DNA of 64,000 nucleotides from Macrostomum lignano (Eukaryota). Location of the stretch: assembly GCA_002269645.1 (NCBI GenBank), contig NIVC01000391.1:248001-312000 (forward strand), in the 5' to 3' direction. The stretch's first letter is position 1. Each line of letters begins with the position of its first letter. The notes under the pieces were generated by a model. The model made no database searches and was not told the origin of the DNA. It saw nothing but the letters and a program-made list of their open reading frames with translations. The position numbers and the translations under genes were made by a program. This document shows positions 42,701 through 54,800 of the stretch, piece after piece.

Positions 42701-45700
42701 ATTGTTAAAGTACTATCCAAAATTAGAAAGTTTTCAAACCTAACTAATAAGCATTGTCTGCTGTCATTCCACCGCAGGTCGCTCTGGTTGTGGGCCACGA
42801 GCTCGCCCATCAATGGTTCGGCAATTTGGTCACCATGAAATGGTGGACCGATTTGTGGCTGAATGAGGGCTTCGCCTCCTGGATCGAATACCTGTGCGTC
42901 GATCATTGCTACCCGGAGTTCGACATCTGGACTCGGTTTGTTCAGAGCGACCTCTCCCGGGCTCTGGAGCTCGACGCTCTGGAGAACAGCCACCCCATCC
43001 AGGTGGAGGTTGGCAATCCCAGCGAGATTGACGAGATCTTCGATGCCATCAGCTACTCTAAGGTGGGTTTGAGCTCATCACTGGGATTCCGGTCACCCCT
43101 GTGGATTCCGGTTATCCCTGTGGTTTTCGGTCATCTCTATGGATTCCGGTCATCTCTATGGATTCCGGTCATCCCTGGGATTCTGGTGATCCCTGGGATT
43201 CTGGTGATCCCTGGGATTCTGGTGATTCCTGGGATTCTGGTGATTCCTGGGATTCTGGTGATCCCTGGGATTCTGGTGATCCCTGGGATTCTGGTGATCC
43301 CTGGGATTCTGGTGATCCCTGCTATCCATGAGATTCCGGTGTCCCTGCTATCCATGAGATTCCGGTGATCCCTGCTATCCATGAGATTCCGGTGATCCCT
43401 GCTATCCATGAGATTCCGGTGTCCCAGCTATCCCTGAGATTCCGGTGATCCCTGCTATCCATGAGATTCCGGTGATCCCTGCTATCCATGAGATTCCGGT
43501 GTCCCTGCTATCCATGAGATTCCGGTGATCCCTGCTATCCATGAGATTCCGGTGATCCCTGCTATCCATGAGATTCCGGTGATCCCTGCTATCCCTGAGA
43601 TTCCGGTGATCCCTGCTATCCATGAGATTCCGGTGATCCCTGCTATCCATGAGATTCCGGTGATCCCTGCTATCCATGAGATTCCGGTGATCCCTGCTAT
43701 CCCTGAGATTCCGGTGATCCCGGCTCATCCGCACTCCAGGGCGCCTCGGTCACGAGTGGCTGGGCCAGGACGCATTCCGCGAAGGCCTCACCCGTTACCT
43801 GAAGCAGAATAAATTCGCCAACGCCAGCACCGAGAACCTGTGGGAGGCCCTGGCCGACGCCTCCGGCCAGCCCGTGCAGTTCGTCATGGAGGGCTGGACC
43901 AAGCAGATGGGCTACCCGGTCATCAGCGTGGCCTCCAAGCCAGCGGAGGGCGACGATTCCAAGCTGGAGCTGACCATCACGCAGGAGAAATTCCAGCTGG
44001 GCGGTGCCAACAAATCCGATTTGCTGTGGCGCGTGCCCATCCAGGTGCTGACCGCTACCGGACACAAACACCAGCTGATGCTGGCTGAGAAATCCGACTC
44101 GTTCACCGTGCCGAAGGCGGCCTGGGTGAAGCTGAACCCCGGCTGCATCGGGGTGTACCGAGTGGACTACAGCGCGTCCATGCTGCAGGACCTGATTGCC
44201 GCGCTGAAGCACGGGCAGGTGAGTCAATTAGAGCTCCTGTTGTCTTCCTATGGGGTTGTAGCCTAGTGGTCAGAGTGTCGGACTCTTCATGACTTGAAGG
44301 TGGATGGGGGGTTCGATTCCCAATCCCATTGGAACAATTTGTGCCCTTGAGCAAGACACTTCCTATGCATTGCTTCAGTTCACCCAGCTGTGTGTGGCGT
44401 GTGGGTGTGTGTGGCGACCTCCCAGTCCTTGGACTCAGCAGCCGTTTTACATCTGGCCCAATTGGGTCAGGTGTAGTCAGTTATTATTATGGACTGAAAA
44501 ATGGTCAGTGTGTGTGTAACGGATCGTCTTATAAATACGATAGAAAATCGCCTTTAAAAATTGCCGTCTCTCCCCTACAGCTGAGCCAGCGCGACCGGTT
44601 CAACCTGGAGAACGACCTGTTCGCCCTGGCGGCAGCCGGCCGGGTGCCCATCGTCCAGGTGCTGCAGCTGGCCGACGCCTACAAAGCCGAACAATTCTAC
44701 ACTGTCTGGTCCGACCTGCTCAGCAATCTGGGCAGCGTCCAAGTGCTTGCCGATCACCTGGGCCTTCTGGACAAGTGGCGCGCCTTCCTGCGCCAGCTGT
44801 GCGAGCCGGCCTACCAGCGGCTGGGCTGGGACGCCCGGCCTGCCGACGGCCACGACGCCACGCTGCTGCGCTCCGTGCTGATCGGATGCCTCGGCAGAGC
44901 CGGCCACGAGTCCGTGCTGGCTGAGGCCAAGGCCAAGTTTGCCAAGCACTGCTCCGGCGAGTGCCCCATAACCCCCGACCTGCGAGCCTGCGTCTACAGC
45001 ACCGTGCTGGCTAACGGCGGCGTTGAGGAGTTCGAGGCTGTACTCAAACTGCTGGAAAAGACCGACATGCAGGAGGAGAAGGTGGGAGCTTTGAAGTGCG
45101 CCTTTTGTGACCTTTGTGACCTCACCTTCCATGACCTCTGTGACCTCACCTTCCATGGCCTCTGTGACCTCACCTTCCATGACCTCTGTGACCTCACCTT
45201 CCATGACCTCTAAGACCTCACCTTCCATGGCCTCTGTGACCTCACCTTCCATGACCTCTGTGACCTCACCTTCCATCAACTCTAAGACCTCACCTTCCAT
45301 GACCTCTAAGACCTCACCTTCCATGGCCTCTGTGACCTCACCTTCCATGACCTCTGTGACCTCACCTTCCATGACCTCTGTGACCTCACCTTCCATGACC
45401 TCTGTGACCTCACCTTCCATGGCCTCTGTGACCTCACCTTCCATGACCTCTGTGACCTCACCTTCCATGGCCTCTGTGACCTCACCTTCCATGGCCTCTG
45501 TGACCTCACCTTCCATGACCTCTGTGACCTCACCTTCCATGGCCTCTGTGACCTCACCTTCCATGGCCTCTGTGACCTCACCTTCCATGACCTCTGTGAC
45601 CTCACCTTCCATGACCTCTGTGACCTCACCTTCCATGACCTCTGTGACCTCACCTTCCATGACCTCTAAGACCTCACCTTCTATGACCTCTGTGACCTCA

Positions 45701-46891
45701 CCTTCCATCACCTCTAAGACCTCACCTTCCATCACCTCTAAGACCTCACCTTCCATGACCTCTGTGACCTCACCTTCCATGACCTCTAAGACCTCACCTT
45801 CCATGGCCTCTGTGACCTCACCTTCCATGGCCTCTGTGACCTCACCTTCCATGGCCTCTGTGACCTCACCTTCCATCACCTCTAAGACCTCACCTTCCAT
45901 CACCTCTAAGACCTCACCTTCCATGACCTCTGTGACCTCACCTTCCATGACCTCTAAGACCTCACCTTCCATGGCCTCTAAGACCTCACCTTCCATGACC
46001 TCTGTGACCTCACCTTTCATGACCTCTAAGACCTCACCTTCCATGACCTCTAAGACCTCACCTTCCATGACCTCTGTGACCTCACCTTCCATGACCTCTA
46101 AGACCTCACCTTCCATGGCCTCTCTGACCTCACCTTCCATTGTTTCTGTGACTTCACATACCATGATCTTTATGTGACATCACCAACCATGACCTGGCAT
46201 ACCTAATCCATGATCTCAAAGGATCTGCTTTGCGACCTTAAATGATCCGATCCGTGACCCCAAAAGACGTAGTCTGTTACCTTAAGTTATTCCATCTGTG
46301 ACCTTAACTGACCTGATCCGTGACCTTAACTGACCTGATCCGTGACCTTAACTGACCTGATCCGTGACCTTAACTGACCTGATCCGTGACCTTAACTGAC
46401 CTGATCCGTGACCTTGAATGACCTAATGTGACACTTGAAGTCAAATTACCCCCCCCCCCTACACACAACATCGTCAGGTCCGCATTCTTCGCTGTCTCGG
46501 CCGTGCCCGAGCCCCCGAGCTGCGCCAGCGCGTCCTGGAGCTGGCCGTCAGCGACAAGGTCCGCCTGCAGGACACGGTATTCGTGATTGGCGGCGCCTGC
46601 CACAGCCTGGAAGCCCGCCGGGCCGCCTGGCAGTTCGTCAAGTCTCGCTGGTCCTGGTTCGTCGAGAAATTCGCCGGCCAATTCCTGCTCAGCCGGCTGG
46701 TGCAGCTGCTCTGCAACGATTTCTGCACAGCCGAAGACGCCGACGATGTCGACGCCTTCTTCAAGGCCAACCCGGCGCCCTCGGCCGAGCGCAACATCAA
46801 GCAGGCTCTGGAGAACACTCGGCTGAATGTGGCCATTCTAGCTCGCGACGGCGACAGCGTCAAGGAGTTCCTGGCTCAGTTCGCCGCCTGA
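39711..46891 (+). CDS. NPEPPS: puromycin-sensitive aminopeptidase (M1 family), with one frameshift at the start of exon 5
   Basis: Exons 39711-39827, 39917-39989, 41030-41712, 42778-43062, 43740-44218, 44581-45081, 46478-46891. GAMENWG and HELAHQW...NEGF zinc motif present. Exon 5 is 479 nt between two phase-0 junctions, so it is out of frame. Confidence 0.93.
40010..40982 (+). repeat. ~33-38 bp minisatellite (GCCATCAGTGCAGCTGCACTTGTGAAT...), NPEPPS intron 2
   Basis: Directly visible tandem units. Confidence 0.95.
41900..42345 (+). repeat. 22-bp minisatellite (GACCCGATCCGTGACCTCAAAT), NPEPPS intron 3
   Basis: Directly visible; a related unit recurs at 46240-46420. Confidence 0.92.
43085..43722 (+). 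repeat. 18-bp then 27-bp minisatellites (GATTCTGGTGATCCCTGG; GATTCCGGTGATCCCTGCTATCCATGA), NPEPPS intron 4
   Basis: Directly visible tandem units. Confidence 0.95.
44252..44560 (+). mobile_element. tRNA-derived SINE with CORE-like domain, NPEPPS intron 5
   Basis: A box TAGCCTAGTGG, B box GGTTCGATTCC, then TGTGCCCTTGAGCAAGACACTT...GCTTCAGTTCACCCAGCTGT, resembling the MIR CORE (TGTGACCTTGGGCAAGTCACTT...GCCTCAGTTTCCTCATCTGT, from memory). Confidence 0.72.
45105..46140 (+). repeat. 24-bp minisatellite (GACCTCACCTTCCATGACCTCTGT), NPEPPS intron 6
   Basis: Directly visible, ~43 copies. Confidence 0.97.
46240..46420 (+). repeat. 22-bp minisatellite (GACCTGATCCGTGACCTTAACT)
   Basis: About 5 clean copies plus degenerate flanks. 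Confidence 0.9.
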
Positions 46892-47211
46892 GTGACTGTC
46901 GGCCTCCGGTGCTGGGCTACAGTCCCTATCTGGCTGGGTTTCGGGTTTTCACTTCGGAAACAGCGAATTCGTTACTAGTTGCTTATTTTTTAATTTTTGT
47001 TTCTTTTTTGTTCTCTCTTATTCCGCCCGGTTTTGTTGGAATAGGAAATTGAAATCATCAATCTGTTTTGATAGCTTTGTGTTTCAGCATAGCCGCTTTC
47101 CATTATACGCTGATCCATTATACATTATGTGTACTTTTATTGCTATATTACTTTTCTGCTGTCGGGTCGTGGTGTTTAATCACCTGATACTCAAGTATCA
47201 GACTCGTCACA

Positions 47212-47850
47212 CCCGAGTCACTAGCCTGAGTCACGTGATCCACTGGCTTGAGTCACGGGATCCACTAGCCTGAGTCACAGGATCCACTGGCTTGAGTCAC
47301 GGGATCCACTAGCCTGAGTCACGTGATCCACTGGCTTGAGTCACGGGATCCACTAGCCTGAGTCACGTGATCCACTGGCTTGAGTCACGTAAACCACTAG
47401 CCTGAGTCACCTGATTCACTAGCCTGAGTCAGGGATCCACTAGCCTGAGTCACGGGATCCACTACTAGCCTGAGTCACCTGATTTACTAGCCTGAGTCAG
47501 GGATCCACTAGCCTGAGTCACGGGATCCACTACTAGCCTGAGTCACCTGATTCACTAGCCTGAGTCACGTGATCCACTAGCCTGAGTCACGGGATCCACT
47601 ACTAGCCTGAGTCACGTGATCCACTAGCCTGAGTCACGTGAACCACTAGCCTGAGTCACGTGATCCACTAGCCTGATTCACGTGATCCACTAGCCTGAGT
47701 CACCTGATTCACTAGCCTGAGTCACGTGAACTACTAGCCTGAGTCACCTGATCCACTAGCCTGAGTCACGTGATCCACTAGCCTGAGTCACGTGATCCAC
47801 TAGCCTGAGTCACGTGATCCACTAGCCTGATTCACGTGATCCACTAGCCA
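47212..47850 (+). repeat. 22-bp minisatellite containing TGAGTCACGTGA
   Basis: Unit CTAGCCTGAGTCACGTGATCCA. Confidence 0.95.
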
Positions 47851-48544
47851 GCATCATTTTTCAATCGTTTCCGTTAGGCCTTTTATTTAAAGGCAATTTC
47901 TATTCCATACTTTCCCAGTGCTTTTTTCCTTCACCACATTTTCGATGTTTTTTCTCTCCAATTTTTCCCGTTAATTTTTAGGCTTAAAAATCTGTCTGAC
48001 CATCAGCGTCTATTGCTGCACATTTAGCACTTCCCCAGTTACTCCAGTCCAGCTAACAAGCTACATAATTATCTATTAAAAATTTATTACTAATAGTAAA
48101 ATGTGGGATCCGATACCGGTTTGTGTTGGGACAAATTCTTGCTAAATAAAATGCGCCACAGAACCAAAGTTATAATTTGTTCGCTATTGATTTTGTCGGC
48201 CATTGTTCGTGTGTTTTGTTTGAGCTGGTTGCAACACAAATTTCTGCGTAGGAATTGGCTGCGTTTATGATCGAGTTGGGCTGTCGCGAGTTTTCTTAGA
48301 AAAGTCAATTAGTCTTGGCTATAATTCTTATGAGAGAAGTACTGGAGGCGTCTTGCTATAACTGGATGGACTCTTGTTTGGCACTCTTGCGAGAGTACGC
48401 CCTGATCTAAGGTGGCTTCACATGCTCAAAACTTCACATGATAGAATTCTTTAAGTCGTAAGCTAGCTGAAGTGGCTGGCTAGACTTCTTTACTTTAGAT
48501 TGATTGATAATCCTGGTGTGACGTAAACTATTTCACTGTATAAG

Positions 48545-49510
48545 GTAGTTAAGGTAAGGTAGGTAAATAGGTAGGTAGGTAGGTTAAGTTAGGTAGGTAA
48601 GGTAGGTAGGTAGGTAAGGTAGGTAGGTAGGTAACGTTAGGTAGGTAGGTAAAGTTTGATAGGTAGATTAATGGTAGGTAGTTAAAGTTTGGTAGGTAGA
48701 TTAATGGTAGGTAAGTAAAGTTTGGTAGGTAGATAAAGTTTGGTAGGTAGATTAATGGTAGGTAGGTAAAGTTTGGTAGGTAGATTAATGGTAGGTAGGT
48801 AAAGTTTGGTAGGTAGATTAATGGTAGGTAGGTAAAGTTTGGTAGGTAGATTAATGGTAGGTAAGTAAAGTTTGGTAGGTAGGTAAAGTTTGGTAGGTAG
48901 ATTAATGGTGGGTAGTTAAAGTTTGGTAGGTAGATTAATGGTAGGTAAGTAAAGTTTGGTAGGTAGATAAAGTTTGGTAGGTAGATTAATGGTAGGTAAG
49001 TAAAGTTTGGTAGGTAGGTAAAGTTTGGTAGGTAGATTAATGGTGGGTAGTTAAAGTTTGGTAGGTAGATTAATGGTAGGTAAGTAAAGTTTGGTAGGTA
49101 GATAAAGTTTGGTAGGTAGATTAATGGTAGGTAGGTAAAGTTTGGTAGGTAGATTAATGGTAGGTAGGTAAAGTTTGGTAGGTAGATTAATGGTAGGTAG
49201 GTAAAGTTTGGTAGGTAGATTAATGGTAGGTAGGTAAAGTTTGGTAGGTAGATTAATGGTAGGTAAGTAAAGTTTGGTAGGTAGATTAATGGTAGGTAAG
49301 TAAAGTTTGGTAGGTAGGTAAAGTTTGGTAGGTAGATTAATGGTGGGTAGTTAAAGTTTGGTAGGTAGATTAATGGTGGGTAGTTAAAGTTTGGTAGGTA
49401 GATTAATGGTGGGTAGGTAAAGTTTTGTAGGTAGATTATACGTTAGGTAGGTAGGTAAAGTCAGGTAAGTAGAATAGGTAGTAAGGTAAAGTCAAGTAGG
49501 TAGGTACTTA
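48545..49510 (+). repeat. (GGTA)n-derived ~33-bp minisatellite (AAAGTTTGGTAGGTAGATTAATGGTAGGTAGGT)
   Basis: Directly visible tandem units. Confidence 0.95.
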
Positions 49511-49983
49511 GGCGGTTGGGCAGGCAGACAGGCAGGTAGTCAGTAGTTAGATCTGCTAATAGCACAGATTCTATACTAACTACATGGGCCAATCATCTCG
49601 CCTGGCCGCAGCGCGAAAACCCCAGGGTTTTGACCATGGACTGTAGCTTCTGCTGCTCTCAAGTGGGGTTTGGTTCGGGGCCTTGGAGACGGCTGCTAAA
49701 TACATTGGCAAATGCTGGAGTGACACATCTGGGTAAATATAGAATCTGTGGCTAAAAGTGAGATTCAGTACACATTCAGTGCACGGGAGCGGAGTTTTCT
49801 GTTTCTAAAAATAGAACAGCAGATGACCGCATGTGCAATTAGCATTCTTCTCTCTTGCAGTTGCAGTTGTATTTCGTCAGTTATTTTTCTGCCACCTGAT
49901 TATAAATGCAGAAATTTTGTACAACCATTTTCCAGAGTTGACAGAATTACTAAACAGCTGCAGGATTTGACTAAATCTCAGAT

Positions 49984-51607
49984 ATGGAAGGCCGCAAAGG
50001 TACAAAGAAGCTGCAGGAGCTGCTAGAAATTCAGCGAGCCGTGCAGGCCCAGTGGGAAGCCGAGCGGATATTCGAGCTGGACGCTGACACCGGGCCGGAG
50101 CCGCAGGAGAAGTACATGGTGACCTTTCCTTACCCGTACATGAACGGCCAGCTGCACCTCGGACACGTGTTCAGCCTGTCCAAGAACGAGTTCGCCATCG
50201 GCTTTGAGCGGCTGCGCGGCAAGCGGGCCCTGTGGCCCTTCGGCCTACACTGCACCGGCATGCCCATCAAGGCCAGCGCCGACAAGCTGGCCAGGGAGGT
50301 CGAGCTGTACGGCTACCCGCCTCAGTTCCCCGCACAGGTTGGTGTGTTCATTTGTCAGTCAGTCAGGCAGACAGACAGTCAGTCAGGCAGGCAGTCAGTC
50401 AGGCAGTCAGTCAGTCAGTCATCCAGTTAGGCCGTCAGTCAGTCAGTCAGTCAGTCAGTCAGTCAGTTAGTCAGTCAGTCAGTCAGTCAGTCAGTCAGTC
50501 AGTCAGTCAGTCAGTCAGGCAGTCAGTCAGTCAGTCAGTCATCCAGTTAGGCCGTCAGTCAGTCAGTCAGTCAGTCAGTCAGTCAGTCAGTCAGTCAGTC
50601 AGTCAGTCAGTCAGTCAGTCAGTCAGTCAGTCAGTCAGGCCGTCAGTCAGGCAGTCAGCCAGCCAGTCAGTCAGTCAGTCAGTCAGTCAGTCAGTCAGTC
50701 AGTCAGTCAGTCAGTCAGTCAGTCAGTCAGGCAGGCAGGCAGTCAGCCAGTCACTCAGTCAGTCAGTCAGTCAGTCAGTTAGTCAGTCAGGCAGTCAGTC
50801 AGTCAGTCAGTCAGTCAGTCAGTCAGTCAGTCAGTCAGTCAGTCAGTCAGTCAGTCAGTCAGTCAGTCAGGCAGGCAGTCAGTCAGTCAGTCAGTCAGTC
50901 AGGCAGTCAGCCAGTCAGTCAGTCAGTCAGGCAGGCAGTCAGTCAGTCAGTCAGTCAGTCAGTCAGTCAGTCAGTCAGTCAGTCAGGCAGTCAGTCAGTC
51001 AGGCAGTCAGTCAGTCAGTCAGTCAGTCAGTCAGTCAGGCAGTCAGTCAGTCAGTCAGGCAGTCAGTCAGTCAGCACCCCATCCGCTTCCGCAGGACGAG
51101 GAAGAAGAGGCCGCTGCTGAGCCCGCCGAGTCGGTGGACCCGAACACCGTCAACAAGGCCAAAGGCAAGCGGAGCAAAGCGGCTGCCAAGAGCGGAGGCG
51201 CCAGCCACCAGTGGGACATCATGCGCACCATGGGGCTGACCGACGCCCAGATCCGCCTGTTCACCAGCCCGGCGCACTGGCTGCGGCATTTCCCGCCCCT
51301 GTGCGTGCGCGATCTGAAATCGTTGGGCGTTAAAGTCGACTGGCGCCGCAGTTTTATCACAACAGACGCCAATCCGTACTATGACGCATTCGTGCGCTGG
51401 CACTTCTTCCGCCTGCGCGACTCCGGCCGGGTCAAGTTCGGCAAGCGCTACACCGTGTTCTCACCGCGCGACCAGCAGCCCTGCATGGACCACGACAGGT
51501 CCAGCGGCGAAGGCGTCGGGCCGCAGGAGTACACCCTCATCAAGATTGAGCTGGCCGCGCCCACGGCTACTGCGGCCAAGGCTCTGTCCGCCTTTGAGTA
51601 CGGCCTT

Positions 51608-51678
<71 letters not shown>

Positions 51679-51689
51679 GTCTGTCTTAG

Positions 51690-51720
<31 letters not shown>

Positions 51721-51723
51721 TAG

Positions 51724-51813
<90 letters not shown>

Positions 51814-54800
51814 AAAGAACCGTAGACATCTCTTGACCTTGTTGACCTGACTGCGAACTCACAGCCTGCCGAAAGGAGCCCGCGTGTTCCTGGTGGCCGG
51901 CACCCTCCGGCCCGAGACCATGTACGGCCAGACCAACTGCTGGATCCACCCGGACATCAACTACCTGGTCGTGCCCACCGCCTCCACTGGTGACGCCGCA
52001 GCCGCCGTCGAGTACCTGGTGTGCACCCGCCGATCCGCTAGGAATATGCTCTACCAGGTGAGTCACTTGCGAGTCCGTCCAGTTTTTCATTGTTGAACAT
52101 TCATCATTGCCTGAATTCCGAATATTCCACCAGGGCATTCTGGCCGACTCCGAGACCCTTGAGTCTATCGAGTCGCCGGCTCGACGTCGCCTTCGCGGCG
52201 CCGATCTGATTGGCTGTCCAGCTCGAGCCCCGCTAACACCCTACGAGCGCGTCTACGTGCTGCCGATGATGACCATCAAGGAGACCAAAGGCACCGGGGT
52301 GGTGACCAGCGTGCCCAGCGATGCGCCCGATGACTTTGTGGCCCTGCAGGTAAGTGATCTAATTTGGTTGCTAATGCTTTAGGCTCTTTGATTGGCTGTT
52401 GATTCTTGTGGCTCTCTGATTGGCTGCTGACGCTTTAGGCTCTCTGATTGGCTGCTTATTCTTGTGGCTCTCTGATTGGCTGCTTATTCTTGTGGCTCTC
52501 TGATTGGCTGCTGATTCTTGTGGCTCTCTGATTGGCTGCTAATTCTTGTGGCTCTCTGATTGGCTGCTTATTCTTGTGGCCCTCTAATTGGCTACTTATT
52601 CTTGTGGCTCTCTGATTGGCTGCTTATTCTTGTGGCTCTCTGATTGGCTGCTGATTCTTGTGGCTCTCTGATTGGCTGCTTATTCTTGTGGCTCTCTGAT
52701 TGGCTGCTGCTTCTTGTGGCTCTCTGATCAGCTTTTTGGACTTGATGATCTTCTAATTAGCTCGTAAGGCTTAGGAGTTGTAAAGATTTGGATGAATTCC
52801 CTGATGAATTCCCTGATCCTCAAACAGGATCTGCGCCAGAAGGCGGCTCTTCGCGACAAATTCGGCGTCACGATGGACATGCTGCTGGATCCGCTGCCCA
52901 TCATCGACATCCCGGAGCTGGGCGACCTCGCGGCGGTGACCCTGGCCAAGGAGATGAAGATCCAGTCGCAGAACGATCGGGAGAAGCTGGACCTGGTGAA
53001 GGAGCGGGTCTACAAGCTGGGCTTCTACGACGGCGTGTTGAAGGTCGGCGAGTTTGCTGGCAGCCGCGTGCAGGACGTGAAGAAGCGGGTGCAGCAGCAG
53101 CTGGTGGACACGAGACAGGCCATCGTGTACATGGAGCCGGAGAAGGAGGTGAGCGATGACTGGCGCGAGGTAGACAGGCTGATGGAATGATTAGGCAGTA
53201 AAACGGTGTAGCATAGCTTCTTCACTAGCTAGGCAGTGAATGATGCAGACTGAATCAGGCAGACAGTGAATGGGGCAGGCAGTGAATGGGGCAGACAGTG
53301 AATAAGGCAGGCAGTGAATGAGGCAGACAGTGAATGGGGCAGGCAGTGAATGAGGCATGCAGTGAATGGGGCAGACAGTGAATGAAGCAGACAGTGAATG
53401 GGGCAGGTAGTGAATGAGGCAGGCAGTGAATGGGGCAGGCAGTGAATGAGGCAGGCAGTGAATGGGGCAGACAGTGGTTGGGGCAGGCAGTGAATGAGGC
53501 AGACAGTGAATAAGGCAGACAGTGAATGGGGCAGGCAGTGAATGAGGCAGACAGTGAATAAGGCAGACAGTGAATGGGGCAGACAGTGAATGAGGCAGAC
53601 AGTGAATGAGGCAGGCAGCATAAAATCTCCATCCTCTTTTCAATGCAGGTGAGGTCCCGCAGCGGAGACGACTGTGTGGTGGCCCTGTGCGACCAGTGGT
53701 ACCTGGACTATGGCGACCCCGGCTGGAAGGCCATCGCCCGCCGCGCTCTCGAACAGTTGAACACCTTCAGCGAGGAGGTGCAGAACAACTTTGCCGCCAC
53801 ACTAGAGTGGCTGGTTGAGCACGCCTGCTCAAGATCGTTCGGCCTGGGCACCCGCCTGCCCTGGGACCCGCAGTACCTCATCGAGTCCCTCAGCGACTCC
53901 ACAGTCTACATGGCCTACTACACCGTGTGTCACCTGCTGCACAAGGACCTCTACGGCATGCAGCCGGGCGAGCTGGGCGTCACGCCCGACCAGATGACTC
54001 CAGACGTCTGGGACTACATCTTCTGTTTGAGCGACCGGCCGCCCGTCAGGGACCGCCACCCGCTGCCGCCATCGCTCGAGGCTATGGAGAGAATGCGGGC
54101 CGAGTTTTCCTACTGGTTAGCGGCTTTGTGTCTGACAGTCTCAGTGTCTGCCTGTCTGCATCTGGCAGTCTGAGTGTCTGCCTGTCTGCATCTGGCAGTC
54201 TGAGTGTCTGCTTGTCTGCATCTGGCAGTCTGAGTGTCTGCCTGTCTGCATCTGGCAGTCTGAGTGTCTGCCTGTCATTTGGCAGTCTGAGTGTCTGCCT
54301 GTCTGCATCTGGCAGTCTGAGTGTCTGCTTGTCTGCATCTGGCAGTCTGAGTGTCTGCCTGTCTGCATATGGTAGTCTGAGTTTCTGCCTGTCATTTGGC
54401 AGTCTGAGTGTCTGCTTGTCTGCATCTGGCAGTCTGAGTGTCTGCCTGTCTGCATCTGGCAGTCTGAGTGTCTGCCTGTCTACATCTGGCAGTCTGAGTG
54501 TCTGCCTGTCTGCATCTGGCAGTCTGAGTGTCTGCCTGTCTGCATCTGGCAGTCTGAGTGTCTGCCTGTCTGTATATGGTAGTCTGAGTTTCTGCTTGTC
54601 TGACTGTCTGGTAGTCTGAGTGTCTGGCAGTCTGCCTGTCTGTTTAATAGTCTGAGTGTCTGCCTGCCCGTGTCTGCCTGTCTGAGTGTCTGTCTATCTG
54701 TCTGTCTGTCTGTCTGTCTGCCAGCAATCCGGTCCCCACCCGCCCACTGCAGGTACCCGGTGGACCTGCGCACCTCGGGCAAGGACCTGGTCCCCAATCA

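Noticed and set aside
44252-44330. tRNA gene
   Set aside because: A and B boxes are present but there is no proper cloverleaf, and it continues into a SINE body.
44575-46177. 529-aa EVMEGEVT and 356-aa TSPSMTSV ORFs
   Set aside because: Products of the 24-bp array in NPEPPS intron 6.
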